NCBI GenBank assembly: GCA_016180575.1
Contig: JACPAY010000006.1
Location: 10,165-74,164 of the forward strand
Direction: 5' to 3'
Source: Candidatus Omnitrophota bacterium
GTDB taxonomy: Bacteria > Omnitrophota > Gorgyraeia > Aquiviventales > Aquiviventaceae
Length of the DNA: 64,000 nucleotides
The position numbers and the translations under genes were made by a program. Positions within the stretch are counted from its first letter, which is position 1; each line of letters begins with the position of its first letter. Positions 8,508-18,514 of this stretch are shown here, one piece after another. The notes under the pieces were generated by a model. That model was not told where the DNA came from, searched no databases, and was given only the letters and a program-made list of their open reading frames with translations.

Positions 8508-9331
8508 CAGGTGCGGGGGTGGATCACCGGCTCCTGAAACCGCACGTCGATGTAGCCGACGTCAACGGGATGCCGGGCGATCACCCTCAACGCCGCCTGC
8601 AGCCGCGAAAGGTGGGCGCTCAGTTCGGCCTCCGAGCCGCAGCGCACCTCGGTGTCCCCATCGAGGAGGAACCGGATCTGCTGCGGGTCCGACACGTTCA
8701 GCTCCTTGAGGCGCCGCGCGATCGCCGGCGCTTCGCGGCGCAGCGACACCGCGACGCGCAGGGCGAGCTTGAGCCGCTCATCGGCGTTCTCCCGTCCCGC
8801 CCGCAGCGCGGCGGTCCCGGCCCCGAATCCGACCACGCGGAGGAGGCTGTCGGCGGGCTCGGCGCGGCCATCCGGGAGGATGAACCCGTCGCGGTCCACG
8901 GGATACCAGCGGCCTGCCTGCGCCGCGGACGCGGCAGGCAGGTCCAGGCGCACCTGCGCGACCGGCAGGCGCGGCACAAGCTCCAACCGAAGCGTGTCGG
9001 GCAGCCGCCGCACCACGCGGACCTGCTTCATGCCCGGCTGCTGCCGCGTGACCTCATCAGCGAGGAGGCGCAGATCCAGCGTGAGCAGGTTCTTCCCCAT
9101 GAGCGACTCCGTCACCCGGAGGGAGGAGTCCGCGGGAAGCTCCACGTGCGCGACGCGGAAGATGTCGGCGCGCTGCGCGTACTGGCTCATCCCCCACAGG
9201 CCGGCTGCCAGCCCGCTGACCGCGAGGAACGGCCCCGGATGCGTCAGCGCCCAGCGCGCCGCCGTCCAGACCGCGCGGCCCGCGCTCGGGAAGAGCCCGA
9301 TGATCCGCCGCCTGCGCCGTCGTTTCGCCAT
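8507..9331 (-). CDS. ftsQ: cell division protein FtsQ
   Basis: 274 aa. Basic N-terminus, one TM helix, POTRA-like region (FRVAHVEL...). Position between ddl and ftsA. Confidence 0.8.
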   Translation of the reverse strand: MAKRRRRRRIIGLFPSAGRAVWTAARWALTHPGPFLAVSGLAAGLWGMSQYAQRADIFRVAHVELPADSSLRVTESLMGKNLLTLDLRLLADEVTRQQPGMKQVRVVRRLPDTLRLELVPRLPVAQVRLDLPAASAAQAGRWYPVDRDGFILPDGRAEPADSLLRVVGFGAGTAALRAGRENADERLKLALRVAVSLRREAPAIARRLKELNVSDPQQIRFLLDGDTEVRCGSEAELSAHLSRLQAALRVIARHPVDVGYIDVRFQEPVIHPRT

Positions 9332-9335
9332 GCCC

Positions 9336-10295
9336 CTACCGCGAAGCGGCCGCGTGGGGGACCCCGCGCGCCGCCATCAGGACGAGCTGCTCGCACAGCT
9401 CATCGTAGAAAAGCTTGACGCAGGCCGCCGCCTTCGGCAGGAGGCTGGTCGGGGTCAGCCCCGGAATCGTGTTGACCTCGAGGACGACGGGGACGCCGTC
9501 GGGGCGCAGGATGAAGTCTGTGCGCGAGAGGTGCCGGCAGCCCAGCGCCCGATGGGCCGCAAGGCCCGCCGCCTGGACCGACGCGGCGGCCTCCGGCGGA
9601 AGCGGCGCCGGCACAAGATACTCGGTCGCGCCGGGGGTGTACTTGGCGGTGTAGTCGAAGAAGGGGTGGGTGGGACGGACCTCGATGACGGGCAGCGGAT
9701 CCTCGCCGAGCACGCCTACGGTGACCTCGCGCCCCGCCACGAATTCCTCCACCAGGATCGCCGGCCCATACCGGCCCGCCTCGGCGAGCGCGGCCGGCAG
9801 CTGCTCTTCCCTGCCGACGATGGACACCCCGAGGCTCGACCCTTGGCTGACCGGCTTCACGACAAGGGGGTAGGCGCATCGAATCAGGCGGACCGGCTGC
9901 GCTGAGCCGTCGAGGAGTTCCCAGCGCGGGACCGCCAGGCCCGCCGCGGCGAACCGTTTCCGCGAGGCCACCTTGTCGATCCCCAGGCGGCTGGCGCGGG
10001 CGGTCGAACCGGTGTAGGGGACGCGGAGCTCCTCGCAGAGCGACTGGATGGTCCCGTCCTCTCCGAACGGCCCGTGCAGGGCGAGGAACGCCACCTCGGC
10101 GCCGCAGGCCCGCAGCGCGTGCCGGGCCGCCTCGCAGGCCTCGTCGGCGGTGGACGCCTTGGGGATCACGATCGGCTCGACCGGCCAGCCGCGGCGCGTC
10201 AGCGCCTCGACGACGCCCTGGCCGCTCTTCAGCGACACCTCGTGCTCGCCCGAGGGTCCGCCCATCAGCACCGCGACCTTCAGCGAACCGCGCAT
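9336..10295 (-). CDS. ddl: D-alanine--D-alanine ligase
   Basis: 319 aa ATP-grasp protein (VAVLMGGPSGEHEVSL, LHGPFGEDGTIQ, LEVNTIPGLT). Confidence 0.9.
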   Translation of the reverse strand: MRGSLKVAVLMGGPSGEHEVSLKSGQGVVEALTRRGWPVEPIVIPKASTADEACEAARHALRACGAEVAFLALHGPFGEDGTIQSLCEELRVPYTGSTARASRLGIDKVASRKRFAAAGLAVPRWELLDGSAQPVRLIRCAYPLVVKPVSQGSSLGVSIVGREEQLPAALAEAGRYGPAILVEEFVAGREVTVGVLGEDPLPVIEVRPTHPFFDYTAKYTPGATEYLVPAPLPPEAAASVQAAGLAAHRALGCRHLSRTDFILRPDGVPVVLEVNTIPGLTPTSLLPKAAACVKLFYDELCEQLVLMAARGVPHAAASR

Positions 10296-11197
10296 CAGCC
10301 GAGCCGCTCGCCGATCATCCGGACCTCCGGCTCCAGGGTGACGTGGAAGACCTGCCGGACGCGCCGCTGGATGTGCTCCATGAGCGAGAGGACGTCATCG
10401 CAGGTCGCCCGGCCGAGGTTCACGATGAAGTTGGCGTGCCGCGAGGACACCTGCGCATCCCCGATGCGCGCGCCCTTCAGGCCGGCCTGGTCGATGAGGC
10501 GCCCTGCGCCTGTGCCGGGCGGGTTCTTGAAGGCGCAGCCCGCCGACGGCAGCCGGACCTCCTGCGTGCTGTTCCGGTAGGTCAGCGTCTGGCGGATGCG
10601 CTCGTAGGCCTCGGCCGGCGGCACCTTCGGGAACTGCAGCACCACCTCCGTGATGATGCCGGGCGCAAGCGCCGTGTACCGGTAGCTGAACCGCAGCCGC
10701 TCCCGGGGGACCTGCCGCACCGTCCCGTCGGGGGCGACCAGGCTGAGCTGCCGGATGAACCGTCCGATCCCCTGCGCGTTCATGGCCACCGCCCCGCCGA
10801 GGTGGCCGGGCAGCCCCGCGAGCGTCTCCAGGTCGCCCCAGCCGTGCCGCGCGGCGAGATACACGAGCCGCTGCGTCAAGAGCGAGGCGCCGCAGACGAG
10901 CGTGGCCGTCGGGGAGTCGGGGTGGCTCACATCCTGCACCGTGCGGAACCCGCGGCCCAGGTGGACGACGAGGCCGCGGATGCCGCGGTCCGCGGCGAGG
11001 GTGTTGGTCCCGCCCCCCACCACGGACACCGGCAGGCCCCGGACTGAGGCCTCCCGGAGCACCTCGACCAGCTCCTCCACCGTCGCGGGCTCGGCGAACC
11101 ACTCCGCCGGGCCCCCGATGCGGAAGCTCGTGTGGTCAGCCAGCGATTCGTGCCGGCGTACGCAAGCGTGCGGCCACGTCATGGCACAGCTCTCCAA
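10295..11197 (-). CDS. murB: UDP-N-acetylenolpyruvoylglucosamine reductase
   Basis: 300 aa with an FAD-binding domain (FRIGGPAEWF, VVGGGTNTL) and a MurB C-terminal domain. The start may be the internal ATG at 11182. Confidence 0.9.
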   Translation of the reverse strand: MESCAMTWPHACVRRHESLADHTSFRIGGPAEWFAEPATVEELVEVLREASVRGLPVSVVGGGTNTLAADRGIRGLVVHLGRGFRTVQDVSHPDSPTATLVCGASLLTQRLVYLAARHGWGDLETLAGLPGHLGGAVAMNAQGIGRFIRQLSLVAPDGTVRQVPRERLRFSYRYTALAPGIITEVVLQFPKVPPAEAYERIRQTLTYRNSTQEVRLPSAGCAFKNPPGTGAGRLIDQAGLKGARIGDAQVSSRHANFIVNLGRATCDDVLSLMEHIQRRVRQVFHVTLEPEVRMIGERLG

Positions 11198-12527
11198 TGT
11201 CTCCCGCTCCGAGGAAGAAGATCGTGTCGCCGGAACGGGCGATCCGCGTGACGAACACGGGCAGCTCCTGCTTCGAGACGTAGCGGACGCACGGGTGGCC
11301 GTGGGCCTTGATGAGGCCGGCCAGCCGCTCGCCGGAAATCCCCGGGATGGGGGATTCGAACGCCGGGTAGATGTCCGTCACGATGACCCCGTCGGCCCGG
11401 TCGAAGCACGCGGTGAGCTCCCGCTCGAGCGACTGCGTGCGGGAAAACCGGTGCGGCTGAAACACCACCACGCGATGGCGCTCCGGCAGCGCGTCTGCGG
11501 CGAGCGTCGCCTGGATCTCGGAGGGGTGGTGCGCGTAGTCCTCCACGAACCAGATGTCGCCCGGCAGCCGCACGACCTGGAAGCGGCGCCCCGTGCCCTG
11601 GAACCGCCGCAGCGATTCCCGGATGGTGACGAGCGGCAGCTCCAGGGTGAGCCCCAGGCTGATGACGGCCAGCGCGTTGAGCACGTTGTGCCGCCCCGGC
11701 ACCTGGAGGGCGAACGTCCCCAGCGATCGGCCGCGGAACGCCGCCCGGAACCGGCTGCCGAACCCGTGCAGCTCGACATGAGTCGCCGTCACCTCGGCGC
11801 CCGGCCCGAAGCCATAGCTCACCTGCGAGGGATGGGAGAGCCGCTCCCGGACGACCGGGTCATCGGCGCAGCGGATCAGCGTCCCGCCCGGCTGCAGGCG
11901 GCCGACGAACTGCTCAAACGCCTCGACCAGCCGCGCGAACGTCCCATAGTAGTTCAGGTGCTCGCGGTCGATGTTCGTGACGATCGCGATGTCGGGGGCG
12001 AGGTGCAGGAACGACCCGTCCGATTCATCGCTTTCCGCGACGAGGTACGCGCCGGCGCCCGAGCGGGCATTGGTGCCGAGCGAGAGCACGATCCCGCCGA
12101 CGACGACGGTGGGATCCCACCCGGCCTGGATCAGCAGCTGGGAGGCCATGCCGGAGGTGGTCGTCTTCCCGTGGGCGCCGGCCACCGCCACCAGGCGCCG
12201 CTCGGCGGCAAGCGCCGCCAGCAGCTCGCCGCGCGTGATGGTGCAAAGCCCCGCCGCGCGCGCCTCGAGCAGCTCAGGCTCCTGCCCCGATATGGCGGAG
12301 CTGTGGACGACGAGGTCGAACCCTCCGCCCACGTGCTCGACCGCGTGGCCCGCCAAGACGGTCGCGCCGCTCCGCTGGAGCCGCTCGATCGCGCCGTTTC
12401 GCTTCGCATCGCATCCCGACACCGCGCAGCCGCGCTCGAGGCAGATCGCGGCAAGGCCGCTCATCCCGATCCCGCCGATGCCGAGGAAGTGGAGGCGCAT
12501 GCCTGGGGTGATGCGCGGGAGGCTCAT
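11136..12527 (-). CDS. murC: UDP-N-acetylmuramate--L-alanine ligase
   Basis: 463 aa Mur ligase (HFLGIGGIGMSGLA, AGAHGKTTTS). Confidence 0.9.
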   Translation of the reverse strand: MSLPRITPGMRLHFLGIGGIGMSGLAAICLERGCAVSGCDAKRNGAIERLQRSGATVLAGHAVEHVGGGFDLVVHSSAISGQEPELLEARAAGLCTITRGELLAALAAERRLVAVAGAHGKTTTSGMASQLLIQAGWDPTVVVGGIVLSLGTNARSGAGAYLVAESDESDGSFLHLAPDIAIVTNIDREHLNYYGTFARLVEAFEQFVGRLQPGGTLIRCADDPVVRERLSHPSQVSYGFGPGAEVTATHVELHGFGSRFRAAFRGRSLGTFALQVPGRHNVLNALAVISLGLTLELPLVTIRESLRRFQGTGRRFQVVRLPGDIWFVEDYAHHPSEIQATLAADALPERHRVVVFQPHRFSRTQSLERELTACFDRADGVIVTDIYPAFESPIPGISGERLAGLIKAHGHPCVRYVSKQELPVFVTRIARSGDTIFFLGAGDIGELCHDVAARLRTPARIAG

Positions 12528-13651
12528 GCGGGACCTTCCGTTCCCCGCCCGACGTCGAGGATCATTTCGGTGAGCCGCTCCGTGGCGTCAGCGCACTGCA
12601 GCCCCTGAACCTGGGCGCCCATCATGCTCCGCAGCCGCCCGTCCGCCAGGATGGACCGCATCACGGACAGCAGCCGTTCCGGGGTCGCCTCCGGCTCTTC
12701 GAGCACCACCCCGCCGCCGATCGCCTCCACGAGCCGCGCATTGGCCCGCTGGTGGCCGCCCGCAAACGGATAGGGGATGAGGACCGCGGGCTTCCCGCAC
12801 CGGGCCAGCTCCGCGACCGTCGAGGCGCCCGCCCGGGCGATGACCAGATCCGCCTGGGCGTAGGCCGCTTCCATCTCCACAAGCGAAGGCGCCACCCAGG
12901 CGGCCACGCCGGCTGCTGCGTAGGCGTCGGCGACCGCCTCCTCATCGGTGGCCCCTGTCAGATGGATGACCTGCCAGGTCCGCCGCTCGTCGGGTGAAAG
13001 CCCGGCCGCGACAGCCATCATGAGCCGATTGAGCGTCCGCGCGCCCTGGCTGCCGCCGAGCACCAGCGCCGTCGGCCGCGCCGGCTCCAGGCCGAACCGC
13101 GCCGCTCCGTCCGCCCGCGAGACACGGCCGATGCGGTTGCGCACCGGCAGGCCCGTGACCACCGCCGGCGCCCCGTCCAGCGCGCGCTGGGTCTCAGGGA
13201 AGGACACGGCGACGCGGTCCGCCCACCGCGTGAGCCAGCGGTTCGCCCGCCCCAGCATGACGTTTTGCTCATGGAGCATGCAGCTGATGCGGCGCATCCG
13301 GGCCGCCAGGATCACCGGGATGGACACCCATCCCCCGAACCCGACCACCACGTCAGGCGTGAAGGCATCGAAGCCCCGCTGCGCGAGGCGCCAGATCCGG
13401 CCGCACTGCCGCAGCCGCCCCAAGGGGAAGGCCGTTGACGCGACCGGGATGGGGTCGACGCTCACGTCGGCGCGCCGCGCTTCCTCGATCAGGGTTCGGG
13501 CGAGCGGCGCCGCCTGCCGGCGCTGCGCGTACCAGACCGTGGCGCGCGCCCCCCGCCTGGCGAGGGCCGTGGCGGCTTCCAGCGCGGGGATCAGGTGGCC
13601 TCCGCTGCCGTCAGCGATCAAGAGCACGCTCAACGGATGCCCGTTCTCCAT
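12524..13651 (-). CDS. murG: UDP-GlcNAc:lipid I N-acetylglucosaminyltransferase
   Basis: 375 aa GT28 protein (ADGSGGHLIPALEAA). dcw position. Confidence 0.9.
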   Translation of the reverse strand: MENGHPLSVLLIADGSGGHLIPALEAATALARRGARATVWYAQRRQAAPLARTLIEEARRADVSVDPIPVASTAFPLGRLRQCGRIWRLAQRGFDAFTPDVVVGFGGWVSIPVILAARMRRISCMLHEQNVMLGRANRWLTRWADRVAVSFPETQRALDGAPAVVTGLPVRNRIGRVSRADGAARFGLEPARPTALVLGGSQGARTLNRLMMAVAAGLSPDERRTWQVIHLTGATDEEAVADAYAAAGVAAWVAPSLVEMEAAYAQADLVIARAGASTVAELARCGKPAVLIPYPFAGGHQRANARLVEAIGGGVVLEEPEATPERLLSVMRSILADGRLRSMMGAQVQGLQCADATERLTEMILDVGRGTEGPA

Positions 13652-14726
13652 GCCGGCTCCCCTGAAAGATCAACGCGCAGGCGATCAGGTTGATCGCCAT
13701 GGACGTGCCCCCGTACGACATGAGCGGCAGCGGCAGCCCCTTCGTGGGCAAGAGGCCCGTGACGACCGCGATGTTGATGATCGCCTCCAGCCCGATCATC
13801 CCCACGAGGCCGCACACGAGGTACTTGCTGAAGAGGTCCTGGGCCGCCACGGCGATCCGGAATCCGAACAGCAGGAAGAGCGCCAGCAGGAGGAGGACGG
13901 CGGTGGTCCCGAGGAGCCCCAGCTCTTCCCCGACGATGGCGAAGAGGAAGTCGGTGTGGGCGCCCGGCAAAAAGAACAGTCGCTGCAGCGACCCCCCGAT
14001 ACCCACGCCGAGCAGCCCGCCGCTGGCCAGGGCGAAATACGACTGGAGGATCTGATAGCCGCTGCCGAGCGGGTCCGCCCATGGGTCGAGGAAGGCGAGG
14101 ATCCGCCGCCGGCGGTATTCCGCGCCCGCGATCAGGACCATGAGCACCGCGAGGGCCACGGCCGCGACCGCTGCCAGGTGCTGCCAGCGGGCCTTCGCGA
14201 CGTAGAGGAGCAGCATCGAGACCGCCCCCATCGCGATGGTTGTCCCCAGGTCCGGCTGAATCAGGACCAGACCCGCCATCAGGCCGGTCGCGAGCAGGGG
14301 CGGCAGCAGGCCGCGCCAGAAGTGCTGCAGCTCGCCGGTCCGGCGGGCGAGCAGGTCCGCGAGATACAGGACGAGGGAGAGCTGCGCCAGCTCCGACGGC
14401 TGGAGGCTCCACCGCCCGATCCGGAACCACCGCCTGGCGCCGCTGACCTCCGGGCCGAGCAGGAACACCAGGACCAGCGAGATGACGCTGAAGACGAACA
14501 GCCACCGCCCGGCCCGGCGGAGCTGCGGGTACGGAATGGCGAGGCACCCCAGCGCCAGCGCCGCCCCGCAGGCGATCGCGATCAGGTGGTGCAGCAGGAA
14601 CCTGAGGCTCGCGCCGTAGGTCGCCGCGGCGGCCATCGCGCTCGCCGAGTAGACGGCCACCAGCCCCAAGCCGAGCAGCGTCAGGATGACGACCAGCAGG
14701 CACCGCCGCAAGGTCCTCGGGCTCAT
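13611..14726 (-). CDS. ftsW: SEDS-family lipid II flippase/peptidoglycan polymerase FtsW
   Basis: 371 aa, about 10 TM helices, FtsW/RodA motifs (QPSELAQL, HTDFLFA, LPTKGLPLPLMSYGGTS). Confidence 0.9.
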   Translation of the reverse strand: MSPRTLRRCLLVVILTLLGLGLVAVYSASAMAAAATYGASLRFLLHHLIAIACGAALALGCLAIPYPQLRRAGRWLFVFSVISLVLVFLLGPEVSGARRWFRIGRWSLQPSELAQLSLVLYLADLLARRTGELQHFWRGLLPPLLATGLMAGLVLIQPDLGTTIAMGAVSMLLLYVAKARWQHLAAVAAVALAVLMVLIAGAEYRRRRILAFLDPWADPLGSGYQILQSYFALASGGLLGVGIGGSLQRLFFLPGAHTDFLFAIVGEELGLLGTTAVLLLLALFLLFGFRIAVAAQDLFSKYLVCGLVGMIGLEAIINIAVVTGLLPTKGLPLPLMSYGGTSMAINLIACALIFQGSRHGERASVERALDR

Positions 14727-14763
14727 ATCGGAATGAAGATGAGGTAGGGGAGCGCGATGCCGA

Positions 14764-16080
14764 TCATGGAGCGGTCATGGTCCTCACGATGGCCTTGAAG
14801 GCCCTTCCCCTCTCCTCGAAGTCGCGGAACATGTCGAAGCTGGCGCAGGCGGGCGAGAAGAGGATGGTCGTGCCGGGGGCGGCGAGCTCCGCCGCCGTCC
14901 GGACCGCCTCCTCGAGCGTGCCGCGCTCCCTCACGATGGTGGAGCCGTTCAGCAGCGGGCGCAGCCGCGCCCGCACCTCCCCGATGAGCACGATGCCTTT
15001 CACGCGCTCCTCATGGAGCCGCGCCGCCAGCCCGGAGAAGTCCAGTCCCTTGTCGCGCCCCCCGACGATCACCACGATCTGGCCGGGGGTCTGCGACAGC
15101 GCGTAGAGGGTGCTCTCGGGCGTCGTGGATTTGGAGTCGTTGATGAAGTGGAGCCCCCGAAGGGTGGCCACGCGCTCCAGCCGGTGCTCGAGGCCGGGGA
15201 AGGCCCGGAGCACCTGCCACGCCAGCGGGTCGGCAATCCCCGAGAGCCGCGCGACCTGCAAGACCGCCTGGGCGTTGTCGGTCAGCGCCCGCCGCGTTTC
15301 CGGCGCGAGGCGAAACGCCGGGGGGTTCGACCCGCCGTCGCCGAACCAGATGCGTTGGGCGTGCAGCCGCTCGCCGAGCGCCGCGATGCGGGGGTCGGAG
15401 CCATTGAGCACCGCCCAGTCCGCCGGGGTCTGGCGCGTGAAGAGCCGCGCCTTCGCCGCCAGGTAGGCGGAGGGGTCGGGATGGCGGTCCAGGTGGTTCA
15501 TCCCGATGTTCAGGAGGACGCCGACCCTCGGCCGGAACCGCTCGCAGCCCAGGAGCTGGAAGGAGCTGACCTCGACGACGGCCACCGCATCGGACGCCAA
15601 GCGGTCGAGGACGGAGGCAAACGGCGTGCCGATGTTGCCGCAGGCGACGGCCGGCCGGCCGGCGGCGCGCAGCACCTCCGCGATGAGCGACACCGTGGTG
15701 CTCTTGCCGTTGGTGCCGGTCACGGCGACGATCGGCGACCGGCAAAAATGGAAGGCGAGCTCGATCTCGCTGATGACGGGGACGCCGCGCTCCTGGGCCC
15801 ATCGGAGCGGGGACGCCGTCTCCGGGACGCCGGGGCTGGCGACCAGCAGGTCCGCGCCTTCCAGCGCCTCACGCGAATGTGCGCCGAGCTCGACCCGCTC
15901 GGCGCCCAGCCCAAGCAGCGCGGCCTGCGCGGCCCGGAGGTCATCGCTCTCGCGGGCATCGGTCGCCTGCACCCGCGCGCCGACGCGGCAGAGCAGGCGC
16001 GCGGCGGCCAGACCGCTGCGGCCGAGGCCCACCACCCCGACGCGGCGGCCGGACCAGGAACGGCCGAACACGTCGCTCAT
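14764..16080 (-). CDS. murD: UDP-N-acetylmuramoylalanine--D-glutamate ligase
   Basis: Start ATG at 16080 overlaps the mraY stop (ATGA). MSDVFGRSWSGRRVGVVGLGRSG..., VTGTNGKSTT. The ORF-track extension to 17016 is a shadow over mraY. Confidence 0.9.
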   Translation of the reverse strand: MSDVFGRSWSGRRVGVVGLGRSGLAAARLLCRVGARVQATDARESDDLRAAQAALLGLGAERVELGAHSREALEGADLLVASPGVPETASPLRWAQERGVPVISEIELAFHFCRSPIVAVTGTNGKSTTVSLIAEVLRAAGRPAVACGNIGTPFASVLDRLASDAVAVVEVSSFQLLGCERFRPRVGVLLNIGMNHLDRHPDPSAYLAAKARLFTRQTPADWAVLNGSDPRIAALGERLHAQRIWFGDGGSNPPAFRLAPETRRALTDNAQAVLQVARLSGIADPLAWQVLRAFPGLEHRLERVATLRGLHFINDSKSTTPESTLYALSQTPGQIVVIVGGRDKGLDFSGLAARLHEERVKGIVLIGEVRARLRPLLNGSTIVRERGTLEEAVRTAAELAAPGTTILFSPACASFDMFRDFEERGRAFKAIVRTMTAP

Positions 16081-17066
16081 GGCAGTCCCAACGTGGTGAG
16101 GCCCAGCATCGCCAGCAGCAGCCCGACGATCCAGAACCGGATGATCAGCTTCGGCTCGCTCACGCCTCCCAGATGGAAATGGTGGTGGATGGGCGCCACG
16201 CGGAAAACCCGCCGCTTCCCCCGCCACTTGTAGGAGGCCACCTGCAGCATGACCGAGAGCGCCTCCGCCACGAACACGGCCCCGATGACCGGCAACCAGA
16301 GCGACGTGTGGGTCAGCAGGCTCAGCGCCCCCAGCGCGCCGCCGAGGCCCAGCGCCCCGACGTCCCCCAGCACGATGGAGGCCGGATACGCGTTGAACCA
16401 GAGGAACCCCACGCACGCGCCGGAGAGGCTGGCGCACCAAGGAACCAGCGCGCGGCTCCTCGGGTCGCCTTCCAGCGCCAGGAAGCCGATCGCCGTCAGC
16501 GCGATGGTCACGCAGCCGGCCGCCAGGCCGTCCATCCCGTCGGCCAGGTTGACCGCGTGCGCGCATCCGGCGACCACCAGCATCGAGAACGGCACCCATG
16601 CCCAGCCGAGCTCGACCGTCCGGTGCAGCCATGGCAGCTCCAGCGTGCTGAAGCTGTTGGCGCCGAGCGCGCCGATCCCCACCATGGCGCCGACCGCCAA
16701 GGCGGTGAGGAGCTTCGGCCACCCCCGGACGCCCGCGGCGTTCGGACCGCGGAATTTCAGATAATCGTCGCACAGCCCGATCGCCGCCAGGCCCACCACG
16801 GCCCCCAGGACGAGCCACCCCTCCCGCCGGCTGAGCCCGCCGGCGGCCACGGCCATCAGGACGCCCGTGGCGAGGACAAAGAGCCCCCCCATCGTGGGCG
16901 TCGCGCGCTTCGTCTCCTGGTAGGCCAGGAGCGGCGGGCAGTCCTTGTAGCGAACCGGAGCGACAAACTGGGCGCGGCCCAACGCTCGGATCGCGAAACG
17001 GCCCGCCACGAGACACACCCCGGCGCTGGCCGCGAAGACCAGCGCCGACTCACCCACCGAGTTCAC
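16077..17066 (-). CDS. mraY: phospho-N-acetylmuramoyl-pentapeptide transferase
   Basis: GTG at 17066 overlaps the murF stop (GTGA). Motifs KRATPTMGG and NLADGMDGLA. About 329 aa. Confidence 0.9.
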   Translation of the reverse strand: MNSVGESALVFAASAGVCLVAGRFAIRALGRAQFVAPVRYKDCPPLLAYQETKRATPTMGGLFVLATGVLMAVAAGGLSRREGWLVLGAVVGLAAIGLCDDYLKFRGPNAAGVRGWPKLLTALAVGAMVGIGALGANSFSTLELPWLHRTVELGWAWVPFSMLVVAGCAHAVNLADGMDGLAAGCVTIALTAIGFLALEGDPRSRALVPWCASLSGACVGFLWFNAYPASIVLGDVGALGLGGALGALSLLTHTSLWLPVIGAVFVAEALSVMLQVASYKWRGKRRVFRVAPIHHHFHLGGVSEPKLIIRFWIVGLLLAMLGLTTLGLP

Positions 17067-18514
17067 GAGGGCTTCCCGGATCCGTACTGACGCAAGAGGA
17101 AATCGGTGACCTGTTCGAGGTTGAGCCGCCTGGATCCCTTCACCAGCAGGCCGTCGCCGTGCTGCAGCACCGAGGGGAGCTGTTCGATCAGCTCCCGGAC
17201 CGACTGGTAGACCGTCACCTCGCCGCCGTCCGCCTCGCGGACTCCCTCGGCGACCGCGCCGGCGTACTCGCCGACCGCGAGCACCGCGTCGATGCCCATC
17301 TGCGTCGCCATCCGCCCGATCGCCTGATGGGCCGAGGGGGCGTACTCCCCCAGCTCCAGCATGTCGCCCACAATGGCGAGCTTGCGGCGCACCTGCAGAT
17401 CGCGCAGCGTTTCCAGCGCCCGGGCGAAGGAGAGCGGGTTGGCGTTGTAGCAGTCGTTCAGGATCGTCAGTCCGTTGCACCGGACCACCTGTGAGCGCAG
17501 CGGGACCGCCTCGAACGACAGGAGCCGCTCCTGGGCGACAGAGAGCGGGACCCCCATCGCCCACGCGCAGGCCACGGCGGCCAGCGCGTTCTCGACGTTG
17601 TGATAGCCGATCAGCGGGACCAGCCACTGGCTGAGGCGGTCGCGCAGGCGCATGAGCATGCCGTCCGGCGCGCGCTGGATGTCAAGCGCCTGAAGATCGC
17701 AGCGGTCCGATGTCCCGAACGTCACGACCCGGGTCGTGGGCAGGAGATGCCGCGGGGCCTCCAGGCAGACGTCGAGCTGGTCGCCGGGCAGCACGACGCA
17801 GCCCTCCGGCGACACGGCATCCAGGAGGGAGATCTTCTCCTTGAGGACCCCCATCAGCGAACCGAAGAACTCAAGGTGCACCGGCCCGATGTTGGTCAGG
17901 ACGGCCGCATCGGGCTCCGCGATGGAGGCCAGGTAGGCGATCTCGCCCGGATGGTTCGAGCCCAGCTCCACCACCGCGAGCCGCTGGCGCGGCGTCAGGC
18001 GCAGCAGGGTGAGCGGGACGCCGATGTGGTTGTTCTGGGTCCCGAAGGTCTTGAGCACGGCGGCGGGCTCGCCCAGGAGATGGGCGATCAGCTCCTTGGT
18101 CGTCGTCTTGCCGCAGGACCCGGTGACGGCGATGACGGATGGATCCAGCCGCCGCCGGTGGAACCGGGCGAGGTCGCCCAGCGCCTGCGCGGTGTCCCGG
18201 ACCAGCACCAGGGGCAGCGCGGCGGATCCGTTGGCGGAGGCGGGGATCTGCGACAGGACGAGGCAGGAGGCGCCGTGGCGGGCGGCGTCCTCGATGAAGC
18301 GGTGGCCGTCCCAGCGCCTGCCCTGGATCGCCACGAACGCCTCGCCCGCCTCCAGGTGGCGCGAATCGATGGCGATGCCGCTGATCGCCGTCTCGGGGCT
18401 TCCCCGCACGAGCCGGCCGCCCGTCGCCTCCACGATGTGGCGCACGCTCCACAGGCTCATCGAATCATGCGGGGTGGTCACGACATCGCCACGCTGTGAC
18501 GCGTGCTGAGCCAT
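17063..18514 (-). CDS. murF: UDP-MurNAc-tripeptide--D-alanyl-D-alanine ligase
   Basis: 483-aa ORF, Mur ligase (VTGSCGKTTTKE). The true start may be the ATG at 18460. Confidence 0.85.
   Translation of the reverse strand: MAQHASQRGDVVTTPHDSMSLWSVRHIVEATGGRLVRGSPETAISGIAIDSRHLEAGEAFVAIQGRRWDGHRFIEDAARHGASCLVLSQIPASANGSAALPLVLVRDTAQALGDLARFHRRRLDPSVIAVTGSCGKTTTKELIAHLLGEPAAVLKTFGTQNNHIGVPLTLLRLTPRQRLAVVELGSNHPGEIAYLASIAEPDAAVLTNIGPVHLEFFGSLMGVLKEKISLLDAVSPEGCVVLPGDQLDVCLEAPRHLLPTTRVVTFGTSDRCDLQALDIQRAPDGMLMRLRDRLSQWLVPLIGYHNVENALAAVACAWAMGVPLSVAQERLLSFEAVPLRSQVVRCNGLTILNDCYNANPLSFARALETLRDLQVRRKLAIVGDMLELGEYAPSAHQAIGRMATQMGIDAVLAVGEYAGAVAEGVREADGGEVTVYQSVRELIEQLPSVLQHGDGLLVKGSRRLNLEQVTDFLLRQYGSGKPS

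Noticed and set aside
14764-17016. Very long N-terminal extensions in the ORF track for murD, mraY, rsmH, murE, truB, the CCA-family gene, ribH, PHP, gspG, gspH, gspK, yggS and the protease.
   Set aside because: The extensions overlap the upstream gene or cross repeats and show no homology-like sequence. Internal ATG/GTG starts give canonical N-termini, often with ATGA/GTGA stop-start overlaps.
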